Below, piece after piece: positions 47,219 to 56,858 of a stretch of DNA of 64,000 nt. Under the pieces are notes generated by a model. The model saw nothing but the letters and a program-made list of their open reading frames with translations, was not told the DNA's origin and searched no databases. The stretch lies in the NCBI GenBank assembly GCA_964421635.1, contig CAYQWZ010000002.1, positions 65,749 through 129,748 on the forward strand. Reading direction: 5' to 3'. A program made the translations under genes and the position numbers. The DNA comes from an uncultured Candidatus Saccharibacteria bacterium. GTDB taxonomy: Bacteria > Patescibacteriota > UBA1384 > CAILIB01 > JAUSJZ01. Numbering within the stretch: position 1 is the stretch's first letter; each line of letters opens with the position of its first letter.

Positions 47219-49345
47219 TTATTTCTTTAGGCTACCCCAATTTTTATTTGAATCTATCTCTACTTTAATTGGCACATCTAAAGTGGTTGAGTTTTCCATT
47301 ATCTGTTTTATCTTCTTCTTGAGTGAAGCGGCTTTTGCTTTTGGCACTTCAAACACCAGCTCATCGTGAACTGTTAGAATCATTGTATCTTTTAATTGTG
47401 TCTGTTGAGCAATTGCTATCATGGCGCGTTTTAATATATCTGCGGCGGTGCCTTGTACGGGCATATTTATTGCTTCGCGGCCAATGCTGGAATACTGTTT
47501 AGCTTTCCGGCCTTTGAGCATGGGGAAGTCTCTGCGAAAACCAAACATGGTTTCGGCGTAACCGTGGTTGGTGACAAAGCGGAGAGTCTCTGCGATCCAT
47601 TTTTTCAAGCCCGAATAAGTGGCGAAGTATTTATCAATGTATTTTGCAGCCTCTTCAATATCAATATTCAAATCGCGGGCGAAGCCATGTGGGCCTTTGC
47701 CGTATAAAATTGAGAAGTTGATAACTTTGGCGACTCGGCGATCTACCCCCATCTCTTTAGAAGTGGCGGCGTGAATATCTTTACCCGCTCGAAAAGCCGA
47801 AATTAAACGCGGATCTTTAGACAAGTGAGCCACCACTCGCAGTTCAATTTGTGAGTAGTCGGCGGCAATTAGGGTGTGACCAACTTTTGCAATAAAGGCT
47901 TTTCGAATTTCGCGTCCGCGACTGGTACGAATTGGAATTTGTTGCAGATTAGGATTTTTGCTGCTTAACCGGCCAGTCGCGGTATCTGTGTTATACGAGG
48001 TGTGAATGCGACCATCTTTTTGTACTGCTTTAACTAGTGGCTCTGTATAGGTGTTGATAAGTTTAGCCACTTCTCTATATTCTTGAATAATTTTTATTAT
48101 TGGATGAGCGTCGAAAAGCTGTGCCAAATTTTCTGCATTAGTAGAAACGCCACTTTTTGTTCTGCTCAAGCCTTTAGTTGGCAGTTTCAGTTTTTCGAAT
48201 AAGACTTTAGCTAACTGCTGAGTAGAATTAATATTAAACTCTTCTTTTGAGTATTTAAAGATATCGATAGCGAAATTGGCTAATTCATTTTTGAATTTTT
48301 GATTTAGGTGCCGTAAGTATTCGACATCGACGAGGGCACCTTTCTTCTCAATTTCGCGTAAGACCGGCTCTAACTGTTTATCCAACTTGTATTCAACTTT
48401 TTCTTTCTGAGGTGTTTTGCTGACAGTTTGAAATAAGGATTGAATATCTTCTGCTTCATTAGGTGCGTCGGGTAGTTCTTTTAAAAGACTGCGAAATCCT
48501 AAATCTGCGAATAGAGTGACAACTTCATCTCTGTTATATTCATGTACTACGCAATCTTTCTTTTTTAGTGTGACGGGAACATCATCAACAATAGTAGCTA
48601 GCCTGCGACTCAAGAAGGCTTGTTCTTTATTGTCGAGTAATTTTTGATGAATGCTTGGGCCTAAATTTTTAATTTTATTTCCGGCTTCTAAATACTTGTA
48701 CAAATCTTCTAGGGTGCTAAATTGTTGAATAATTTTTTTTGCCGTCACTTCACCAACGCCGGGTACACCTGGAATATTATCTGAAGCATCGCCGCGTAAA
48801 GATTTAAAAAATAACATCTGACGAGGCTCAAATGAGTACTTCTCTTTAACGGTAGATGGAGTGTAAACGACTGGGTCAGAGACTCCCTTTTTTGGCGCGA
48901 AGACAGAGGTTTTGCTATTAACGAGCTGAACTAAATCCATATCGCCAGTCAAAATTGTAGTGTACAAATTTTTCTTTTCCGCTTGTTTAGCCAAGGTGGC
49001 AATAATATCATCTGCTTCAAAAGCGGGGACTTTAAAGATTGGAATGTTCATAGCTCTTACTAAATTCTCAACAGCTGGAATTTGAGCGTACAAATCTTCT
49101 GGAGCACGAACGCGTAGCGCTTTATAATCTTCATACATTTTATGACGAAAAGTTTTTCCCCGTGAATCAAAAGCGACCACTACGAAATGAGGCTTCAAGG
49201 TTTTAAGGGCAGCTAGTAAAAGACGGGCAAAACCAAAAATTGCCCCCGTTGGTTCACCTTTATGATTGGTCAGATTAGGTAGTGCGTGATAGCCACGATG
49301 AATTAGCGCGTGTCCGTCAACTAACAGCAGAGTATTTTTTGACAT
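47219..49345 (-). CDS. polA: DNA polymerase I (5'-3' exonuclease plus polymerase; 3'-5' exonuclease domain absent)
   Basis: LLVDGHALIHRGYHA, EADD, GDASDNIPGV, TGRLSS.NPNLQ, DYSQIELR, TVHDELVFE. Confidence 0.96.
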   Translation of the reverse strand: MSKNTLLLVDGHALIHRGYHALPNLTNHKGEPTGAIFGFARLLLAALKTLKPHFVVVAFDSRGKTFRHKMYEDYKALRVRAPEDLYAQIPAVENLVRAMNIPIFKVPAFEADDIIATLAKQAEKKNLYTTILTGDMDLVQLVNSKTSVFAPKKGVSDPVVYTPSTVKEKYSFEPRQMLFFKSLRGDASDNIPGVPGVGEVTAKKIIQQFSTLEDLYKYLEAGNKIKNLGPSIHQKLLDNKEQAFLSRRLATIVDDVPVTLKKKDCVVHEYNRDEVVTLFADLGFRSLLKELPDAPNEAEDIQSLFQTVSKTPQKEKVEYKLDKQLEPVLREIEKKGALVDVEYLRHLNQKFKNELANFAIDIFKYSKEEFNINSTQQLAKVLFEKLKLPTKGLSRTKSGVSTNAENLAQLFDAHPIIKIIQEYREVAKLINTYTEPLVKAVQKDGRIHTSYNTDTATGRLSSKNPNLQQIPIRTSRGREIRKAFIAKVGHTLIAADYSQIELRVVAHLSKDPRLISAFRAGKDIHAATSKEMGVDRRVAKVINFSILYGKGPHGFARDLNIDIEEAAKYIDKYFATYSGLKKWIAETLRFVTNHGYAETMFGFRRDFPMLKGRKAKQYSSIGREAINMPVQGTAADILKRAMIAIAQQTQLKDTMILTVHDELVFEVPKAKAASLKKKIKQIMENSTTLDVPIKVEIDSNKNWGSLKK

Positions 49346-50752
49346 TTAAAGATATTTCTTTTTCTTTAAAATTTCTTCAACGACTTTTTTATCGTTCCAT
49401 TCAATTTTCTTATCTTTAACGATTTTATAATTTTGAGCACCCATGCCAGTTATTAAAACTAAATCGTCAAAACCAGCCATGCTGATAGCTTTTTCAATGG
49501 CGGCTCGGCGAGACTTGATTTTAAACCACCAATCTCCTTCACCATCTCCTGCTTCAGATTTGCGCATAAACTGGCGAACATCTTGCACTTTCATTTCTAG
49601 TCGTGGGCGGGAACGCGTCTTTTTACCAGCGAACAAAGGTCGGCCGCGGGGTACCCCCTTGGCCACTTCATCAATTATTTTTTCCGGATCTTCAGTGTAG
49701 GGTTCCTCATCTGTGACAATTACAATATCTGCGTAGCGAGCTCCAATAGCGCCCATAATCGGTCGTTTCGTTTTATCTCGGTCGCCAGTAGCTCCAAAAA
49801 CAGCAATAATTTTACCGCGTACAATTGGTCGTAGGGTTTGCAAAATTGCCTCAAGTGAATCTGGAGTATGGGCGTAATCTATGATAGCTGAAAAACCACG
49901 GTTGGTTTCTATTTTATCCATGCGGCCGGGAACTTGGCTGACTGCTTCTAATCCGTCTTTAATAGTACCGAGTTTTATATTCAAAGCCACGCCAACAGTT
50001 GCAGCAGATAAGGCGTTCATTACATTGAACAAGCCGGGCAGTTTGAGCTTGATATGAACTGACTCTAATTCGTGTTGTAGGCGAAAAGATGAGCCAATAG
50101 GATTTAAGGAGATATTAGTAGCTTCAACCACAGCAGCATCTGAGATTCCTTTTTTCATTCTCTTTTTGGCAGTAAAGGCTAATTTAATTGGTGCCTTTGT
50201 GACTTTCAAAAACTCAGCTGAATGTTTGTCGTCTCCGTTAACAACTGCAAATTTGAGAGTGTCTTTAGTAAACAATTTTTTCTTTTCTGCTTTGTAAGCC
50301 TCAATAGTTTTATGGTAGTCCAAGTGATCGTGGCCTAAATTAGTAAAAACTGCTCCCTTAAATGGAATGCCTAGGTATCTATGTTGAGCCATACCATGCG
50401 AAGAGACTTCAACCACCGCGTAGCGACATTTAGCATCAACCATCTCTTTTAGTAGAGGCTGTAATTCCCAAGGAGGAAGAGCGGTTTTATTAGTATTGTT
50501 CTCTCGTTTCTTTGCACCAATTTTAAAATCAACTGTTGAAACACGACCGTTTTTCTGACCAGCAGCGTCTAGGACGGCTGAAATTAAATGAGTAGTAGTA
50601 GTTTTGCCCTTAGTGCCCGTAACTCCAATAATATATAGCTTTTTAGCCGGTGAACCGTTTTTTAGGTTAGCCCAAAAAGCTCTCACATAATGAGCAACAT
50701 TTTTTACTGCTTGATTGTCTGTAAATTTCACGCGCTCCTGTGGTATATTCAT
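49346..50752 (-). CDS. murE: UDP-MurNAc-tripeptide synthetase MurE
   Basis: GVTGTKGKTTT, EVSSH, TNLGHDHLDYH, VPGRM, DYAHTPD, GDRDKTKRPIMG. Confidence 0.9.
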   Translation of the reverse strand: MNIPQERVKFTDNQAVKNVAHYVRAFWANLKNGSPAKKLYIIGVTGTKGKTTTTHLISAVLDAAGQKNGRVSTVDFKIGAKKRENNTNKTALPPWELQPLLKEMVDAKCRYAVVEVSSHGMAQHRYLGIPFKGAVFTNLGHDHLDYHKTIEAYKAEKKKLFTKDTLKFAVVNGDDKHSAEFLKVTKAPIKLAFTAKKRMKKGISDAAVVEATNISLNPIGSSFRLQHELESVHIKLKLPGLFNVMNALSAATVGVALNIKLGTIKDGLEAVSQVPGRMDKIETNRGFSAIIDYAHTPDSLEAILQTLRPIVRGKIIAVFGATGDRDKTKRPIMGAIGARYADIVIVTDEEPYTEDPEKIIDEVAKGVPRGRPLFAGKKTRSRPRLEMKVQDVRQFMRKSEAGDGEGDWWFKIKSRRAAIEKAISMAGFDDLVLITGMGAQNYKIVKDKKIEWNDKKVVEEILKKKKYL

Positions 50753-50754
50753 GC

Positions 50755-51705
50755 TTAAAAATTAAACCCTTTTGAGGTAGAAAAGAAGCGATAGCTTCTG
50801 TATATATTATACCAGAAAGCATTATAGGAGCGAGTATAGGCTGGTGCGTATTGATAAATCTTGCCTCCGAATCCTAGCTTAAATTTAGTCACACCGTAGG
50901 TATAGCCAGGTTCAATAGTGACATCTTTCAGATCTATCTCGCTGGCTACTTCTTTGAGGGTAAAATTGGTATCTACGCGAACGCCCCAAAAATCATAAAT
51001 TTTGCTTTTCCGTTCAATTGAGCGCTTGATTGCTTCCCACTGCATGTGGTGAGAGGCCATTAATTCTCGTTTATTAGAGGAGGATGCACCAAACAAATAA
51101 GTGCTGGTATTGTTGTGATGAATTAAAATCATCGCCGAGAGAGGTGTATCGCCGTGGTACGAAATTAATAGTTCTGCCATGTCGTCTTTACCTAACTCTT
51201 CGAGTAGTGTTTGATAGTAGCGAGTGTCGTAGGATTTTATTTGATCTCGAATATTCGTTTCGTGAGTAAGTTTCATAAAAGTAGACAAACGCTTCAGACT
51301 CTCAGGATATTTAAAGGCTATAGTTTTTATTTCTTTGCGAGCCGAGAGGCGAATATTATAGCGAGTTTTAGATTTCATAGCGCCTAATACATCTTCTGGT
51401 TTTTTATCAATATCGAGCAGTAGGGTTTGGCGCGGTTGAGTAGTTTTTGTTTTCAAAAATGGTTTTTCTAATTTATTACTCGTAGGTTCAATTTTAATAA
51501 AGGTAGTACGACTTTTGAAAGCTTGGTCTAATCTCTCAATGTCGGGTATGATATCGGTTCTTGGAGCGTACCAAAAACTCTGACCAAAACGAATGCGCTT
51601 ATTAATAAATAAAACATCGTCGAGCCAGTAGGTGCGACTACCAAGTTTGTTCTGCATCCTCTCCCAAGCCTTAGTCTGCATAAAGGAGGATTGATTGTTT
51701 GCCAT
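50755..51705 (-). CDS. FemABX family peptidoglycan bridge aminoacyltransferase
   Basis: SFMQTKAW, MKSKTRYNIRLS.RK, YLFGASS, YDFWG, GVTKFKLGFGG. Confidence 0.9.
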   Translation of the reverse strand: MANNQSSFMQTKAWERMQNKLGSRTYWLDDVLFINKRIRFGQSFWYAPRTDIIPDIERLDQAFKSRTTFIKIEPTSNKLEKPFLKTKTTQPRQTLLLDIDKKPEDVLGAMKSKTRYNIRLSARKEIKTIAFKYPESLKRLSTFMKLTHETNIRDQIKSYDTRYYQTLLEELGKDDMAELLISYHGDTPLSAMILIHHNNTSTYLFGASSSNKRELMASHHMQWEAIKRSIERKSKIYDFWGVRVDTNFTLKEVASEIDLKDVTIEPGYTYGVTKFKLGFGGKIYQYAPAYTRSYNAFWYNIYRSYRFFSTSKGFNF

Positions 51706-51756
51706 GCTTTTATTTTACGAGCAAACTACTAATAAGGCTAGTGATAAAATAAAGAG

Positions 51757-52800
51757 GTGAAGATATTAAGTATTGAAACAAGCTGTGATGAGACGGCAAT
51801 CGCTATTGTTAGTGGTGAAGATAAGCCAAAAGTGGAGCTGAATTTAGTCTCTAGCCAAATTGAGTTACACAAAATTACTAACGGTATTGTACCCGAAGTG
51901 GCGGCGCGAGCGCAGCTAGAGGCAATCATTCCGATGATTGCCGAGGCCAAAGCGGCGGGAGCGAGCGCCGCAACAATTGACGCTATTGCGGTCACCTATA
52001 CTCCCGGTTTAATTGGCTCTTTAATAGTAGGAGTAGAAGCGGCCAAAACTTTGGGAGCGCTATGGCAAAAACCGGTTTATGGAATCCATCATTTAGAGGG
52101 GCATATTTACGCTGCTTTTTCAGAAATTAATTCAGATGAGGTTGAATTTCCTGTTTTAGCTTTGGTTGTTTCGGGTGGTCATACGGAGCTAATTTTAATG
52201 GAAGACCATTTTAAATATCAGATAATTGGTAGTACGCGCGATGATGCCGCCGGGGAAGCCTTCGACAAAATTGCCAGATTACTCGGTCTAGGGTACCCCG
52301 GCGGCCCCGAAATATCTAAAGCTGCGGCTTTGTACCAAGACAGGCAGGCAGCGTACCCCGAGCAAACTCTAAATTTTCCCCGACCAATGATAAACGACAA
52401 AAGCCTAGATTTCTCTTTTTCAGGATTAAAAACAGCCGTACTTTACAAGCTACCCGAAAAGAAATTGAGTAATGAAGAAATCAATCACTACGCATATGAA
52501 GCCGAACTGGCCATAATTGATGTTTTAGTGGCAAAAACTACTCAAGCGCTAGAACAAACAGCCGCAGCTACCCTAGTAGTTGCGGGGGGCGTTTCAGCCA
52601 ACGAACAGCTGCGAAAAAGAATGAAACAGCTTGGCGAAGATAATTCTATTAAAGTGATTATTCCAAATATCGCCCACACTACAGATAACGCTGCTATGAT
52701 TGGATTAGCGGCTTGGCACCGAAATAATGTTAAAGCTCCGTTAGTAAAAAATTTTGAAGCTAAACCGCGTACAAAATTAGATGAAATAAGTCTTGGTTGA
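51757..52800 (+). CDS. tsaD: tRNA N6-threonylcarbamoyltransferase TsaD
   Basis: ILSIETSCDET, HHLEGH, SGGHT, DDAAGEAFDK, FSFSGLKT, TDNAAMI. Confidence 0.97.
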   Translation: MKILSIETSCDETAIAIVSGEDKPKVELNLVSSQIELHKITNGIVPEVAARAQLEAIIPMIAEAKAAGASAATIDAIAVTYTPGLIGSLIVGVEAAKTLGALWQKPVYGIHHLEGHIYAAFSEINSDEVEFPVLALVVSGGHTELILMEDHFKYQIIGSTRDDAAGEAFDKIARLLGLGYPGGPEISKAAALYQDRQAAYPEQTLNFPRPMINDKSLDFSFSGLKTAVLYKLPEKKLSNEEINHYAYEAELAIIDVLVAKTTQALEQTAAATLVVAGGVSANEQLRKRMKQLGEDNSIKVIIPNIAHTTDNAAMIGLAAWHRNNVKAPLVKNFEAKPRTKLDEISLG

Positions 52801-52841
52801 CCAAAATAAAAACAGAGCGTAATCTGTAGAGGAGCAAATAT

Positions 52842-54992
52842 ATGGATAAAAAATACGATCACAAAAAGTATGAAGAAAAGATTTATGCCGATTGGGAGAA
52901 ATCAGACGCTTTTAAACCGTCAGAAAAAGGTGAGCCATTCTCAATAATAATGCCGCCGCCCAACGCCAACGGAGATTTACATATGGGTCACGCCTTAATG
53001 TTGACAGTAGAAGACATTATGACGCGGTACGCTCGGCAGACTGGTAAATCTACGCTGTGGTATCCGGGAACAGATCACGCCGGATTCGAAACGCAGGTAG
53101 TGTATGAAAAAGTATTACAAAAGCAAGGGCGTTCTAGATTGCAGATGAGTAACGATGAACTGTATAAAGAAATTTGGGATTTTACACAGAAAAACAGAAA
53201 GAACATGGTTACTCAAATTAAACAGCTAGGTTGTTCATGCGATTGGAGCAAAGAGAAATTTACTTTAGATAAAGACATCGTTGAAACGGTGTATAAAACA
53301 TTCGCTAAACTGCATCAAGATAATTTAATTTATCGTGGAGTGCGGTTGGTTAATTATTCGCCAAAATATAGAACATCTTTTTCAGACTTAGAGATAGAGC
53401 ATGTACAGACAAAAGGTAAGCTGACGTATATTCTGTACCCGTTTGTAGATGGCGAGATTAATGGGGAGCGCGGAATTGAGGTGGCGACGACGCGGCCAGA
53501 AACCATGCTCGGCGATACTGCTGTTGCGGTTAACGACAAAGATAAGCGGTACAAAGATTTTATTGGCAAGAAGGTGAAGCTGCCAATTTCTGGCCGAGAG
53601 ATTGAAATCATTGCCGATTCCGAAGTAGACAAACAGTTTGGCACAGGTGCGGTTAAAGTAACTCCAGCTCACGACTTTGTTGATTTCGAAATTGGCGAGC
53701 GTCACAAATTAGAGATGATACAGGTAATTGGTCTTGATGGAAAATTAAACGAAAACGCACCAAAAGAATTGCAAAAATTAAAAGCGGCCACTGAAGGCCG
53801 AGCCAAAGTGGTGGAGATGCTGAAAAAAGAGAAAGCTTTTGTTAAAGAAGTAGAGCATCTACATCAAGTTCCTATGGGTTATAAGGGTGGCGCCATTGAG
53901 CCGCTACCACTCGAGCAGTGGTTTGTCAAGATGGATAAATTTGCCAAACGAGTTAAAGATGTTATTGAGTCTGGTGAAGTTGAAGTTTATCCGGCGAACA
54001 ATAAGAAAATCCTTTATCAATGGTTAGATAATATTCGCGATTGGAATATTTCGCGTCAAATTGCTTGGGGCATTCCTATTCCTGTTTGGTACTGCAAGAA
54101 ATGCGGTGAAGCAACAATCAGCACAAAATTGAAGGATTCTGCTGGCCAACAAGGTGTCTCTATGAGCGATATTGAGCCACCAACTAAATGCGCCAAGTGT
54201 GGACACGACCAGCTAACGCAAGAGAAAGACACCTTCGACACTTGGTTTAGCTCGGGCCAATGGGTTTTTGCTACTTTAGGCTTTGACCCCGAAACAGGTC
54301 AAGCTAGTGATGATTTTAAAAAGTTTATGCCAACTACCGTTATGGAAACAGCCGCCGATATTATCTTCTTCTGGGTAGCCCGCATGATCTTTATGACCGA
54401 CTATGTAACAGGCAAAATTCCGTTCAAAAATGTTTATCTTCATGGCTTAGTGCTAGACCCTAAAGGTGCCAAGATGAGCAAATCTAAGGGCAATGTGTTA
54501 AATCCTATAGATATGGTTGAAAAATATGGAACAGATGCTCTGCGCATGAGTTTGGTAGTAGGCAATGTGGCTGGTTCAAATCAACCGTTCTCTGAAGATA
54601 AAGTGCGCGCTTACCGCAACTTCGCCAATAAAGTTTGGAATATGGGCCGGTTTATTGAGTTCAAATTAGACGGCCAGTCAGTTGCGAAAAAATTGGCAGA
54701 GGTAAAAGAAGCACCAAAAGCCGAAACAGACGCCGACAAAGACATCCTAGAAAGATTAGCCACTATGGAGAAAAACTACAATTCCAAGATGCCAAAGTGG
54801 AAGTACTGGCTGGTAGCGGAAGAGTTGTATCAATTCGCTTGGCACGAATTCGCCGATATCTATATAGAAAAAAGCAAAGATCAGAAGAGTGTGGATAATA
54901 CTAACGCCATCCTTTTGTATGTCTATAGCCGCATTTTGCATATGCTTGAGCCTTTTATGCCCTTTATTACGACCGTCATTCGCCACGAATAA
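52842..54992 (+). CDS. valS: Valine--tRNA ligase (C-terminally shortened)
   Basis: PPPNANGDLHMGHA, DHAG, TTRPET, DWNISRQ, DTWFSS, KMSKS. Confidence 0.97.
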   Translation: MDKKYDHKKYEEKIYADWEKSDAFKPSEKGEPFSIIMPPPNANGDLHMGHALMLTVEDIMTRYARQTGKSTLWYPGTDHAGFETQVVYEKVLQKQGRSRLQMSNDELYKEIWDFTQKNRKNMVTQIKQLGCSCDWSKEKFTLDKDIVETVYKTFAKLHQDNLIYRGVRLVNYSPKYRTSFSDLEIEHVQTKGKLTYILYPFVDGEINGERGIEVATTRPETMLGDTAVAVNDKDKRYKDFIGKKVKLPISGREIEIIADSEVDKQFGTGAVKVTPAHDFVDFEIGERHKLEMIQVIGLDGKLNENAPKELQKLKAATEGRAKVVEMLKKEKAFVKEVEHLHQVPMGYKGGAIEPLPLEQWFVKMDKFAKRVKDVIESGEVEVYPANNKKILYQWLDNIRDWNISRQIAWGIPIPVWYCKKCGEATISTKLKDSAGQQGVSMSDIEPPTKCAKCGHDQLTQEKDTFDTWFSSGQWVFATLGFDPETGQASDDFKKFMPTTVMETAADIIFFWVARMIFMTDYVTGKIPFKNVYLHGLVLDPKGAKMSKSKGNVLNPIDMVEKYGTDALRMSLVVGNVAGSNQPFSEDKVRAYRNFANKVWNMGRFIEFKLDGQSVAKKLAEVKEAPKAETDADKDILERLATMEKNYNSKMPKWKYWLVAEELYQFAWHEFADIYIEKSKDQKSVDNTNAILLYVYSRILHMLEPFMPFITTVIRHE

Positions 54993-55018
54993 GCTGAACT
55001 TTGGCTATAATTGAATTA

Positions 55019-56383
55019 ATGAAGAAACTATTTTTGTTGTTAGGATTATCTTTGGTGGTGAGTTTGGTTATGATTGGGGGAAAAGTATCAGCTATAACGA
55101 CAGTTCCTGTTGAGATAGCTGGCCCAACATCTAGTATTCAATACGGGGGAGTAAATTATTTATTAAGGATTATTAATTTTGCAGATCATATTGAGCCAGA
55201 CTCGCCAGGAATAACATGGTTTATTTTTGTGAAAAATTCTGATTTCAGTGAGGCTAGCGGTAAAAGAACTACAGCCACAGCAATTTTAGTTTCAGACAAT
55301 AAGCTGAATCTACATGAGCAAGACCCTATAACATATTCATTAGATTCAAAACCTATTCTTAGTGAGATTGAAATTGATATGCAGCTGAAAGATGATGGTG
55401 AAATGTATTATCGTTTTAAGCGATTTGTCAGTGGTCAAGGGGGAAATCAACCAAACAACATTAGAATAATGGCTGATAGTTATAAGTCATTATTAGATTC
55501 CATGCAAAGTAGGAATAGTGCACCTCCTGGCGGAGAACATTATAATTTAAGTAGTGCACTTATTGAAAATATTAATTCCACTTCAAGAGCAAAAGTATAT
55601 TATGCAAATGGTGAAGGCTCGGGTACTGTAGGAATTGAATCAAAAGATGTAGTAATGATTTTTGGAAAACCAAGTGGTAATAATAATATTTACGAGCCAG
55701 ATAATAGCCTTAGGGTTTTAATGAGCGCTTCAAATGCTTATGATGCTAAAGCTCTAGTTTTGAAATTTAATTTTGAAGATAGCAATTGGGATACTGCTGA
55801 ATTTAAATTGTATTTCATTAAAATGGTTCCCCCTGATACCTATTTGTATTTTGCTCCTATTGGAGAAGCCCTTAGTGGAAATCCAGGTTTCTTTCATAAA
55901 TATGATAAGGTACCTCTTTTAAGAGTGAAGGATTCAGAATTAGATAAAGCAGCTGGTCAGCAAAAAATAGGTAATATAGTCTATGCACAAGTTAAAACTG
56001 GTCAAATTAAGGATAATGCTGAAGGCTGGGGTGGAATAGTAATTGATCAAGAAACTACAGAATCATCCTTTAAAATATCTAATTCTCACACAGATTCTTT
56101 TTTAACTTTTCTTAGAGGTGATAACCCAGTGAGAGAAGAGGGCAAATCATATGCATTAAATCCTGATCGAGTATGGGGAGCGCATTTGGCGAATGGGTCA
56201 AATCTTGATGGAAGTCAGACCGATATTGAATTAGTTGGCGATACTACTCTTTCAAATATCAGAGATGTTTTAGCAGAAGGAGATGAGTGTGGCTCAGTTA
56301 CACAAAATCCTATCGGTTGGGCTATGTGTAAAATGCTTACATTTATGATTGATGCACTACTATCTCTTCTAAACCTAGCCTAG
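55019..56383 (+). CDS. Hypothetical secreted protein with C-terminal C..GW..C hydrophobic tail
   Basis: MKKLFLLL signal peptide from ATG 55019; ends ECGSVTQNPIGWAMCKMLTFMIDALL. Confidence 0.8.
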   Translation: MKKLFLLLGLSLVVSLVMIGGKVSAITTVPVEIAGPTSSIQYGGVNYLLRIINFADHIEPDSPGITWFIFVKNSDFSEASGKRTTATAILVSDNKLNLHEQDPITYSLDSKPILSEIEIDMQLKDDGEMYYRFKRFVSGQGGNQPNNIRIMADSYKSLLDSMQSRNSAPPGGEHYNLSSALIENINSTSRAKVYYANGEGSGTVGIESKDVVMIFGKPSGNNNIYEPDNSLRVLMSASNAYDAKALVLKFNFEDSNWDTAEFKLYFIKMVPPDTYLYFAPIGEALSGNPGFFHKYDKVPLLRVKDSELDKAAGQQKIGNIVYAQVKTGQIKDNAEGWGGIVIDQETTESSFKISNSHTDSFLTFLRGDNPVREEGKSYALNPDRVWGAHLANGSNLDGSQTDIELVGDTTLSNIRDVLAEGDECGSVTQNPIGWAMCKMLTFMIDALLSLLNLA

Positions 56384-56402
56384 TTCTTGCTAAAATAGCT
56401 AT

Positions 56403-56858
56403 GTGATTAGAGGAATAACTATTTATGTGGTTCTTTTTTTGCTAATAAGCACCGCTTTTGATTTGGCGGCAAAACCGGTGTATAGAAAAATTGAAGAGAA
56501 AAGGTTCTTAAAAATTGAAGAGCAGATTGAAGGTGCAAATCTAGAGGAGGCGAAGAAGGATTTATCAAAACAATCGGACGGAGAGCGAAAAGACGAACTG
56601 GCTGAACTAATATCTAAAATTGAGAACGATTTACTATTTGCGCGTGATTACTACAACCAAACTGGCAATAGCTATGAGGCAGACCTAATTTCCAGAGTAA
56701 TCAACAGTTATGAAACCCCAAAACAGATGCTAGAAGTAGTACAATATCTATTAGAGATAGGCGAAGACGATTACGCCAAAATGCTATTTGAACGAGCAAA
56801 GCGAATCGCTTCAGACTATAAAGGAGTAAAGGAGTTTGCCAAATATTTTGAATCATGA
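56403..56858 (+). CDS. Hypothetical N-anchored helical (TPR-like) protein
   Basis: GTG start after TG-C-TAAAAT; stop overlaps the next ATG. Confidence 0.75.
   Translation: MIRGITIYVVLFLLISTAFDLAAKPVYRKIEEKRFLKIEEQIEGANLEEAKKDLSKQSDGERKDELAELISKIENDLLFARDYYNQTGNSYEADLISRVINSYETPKQMLEVVQYLLEIGEDDYAKMLFERAKRIASDYKGVKEFAKYFES

Noticed and set aside
52340-52350. CAGGCAGG half of the REP-like palindrome within a variable loop of tsaD
   Set aside because: Only about 8 nt and no left arm; chance cannot be excluded.
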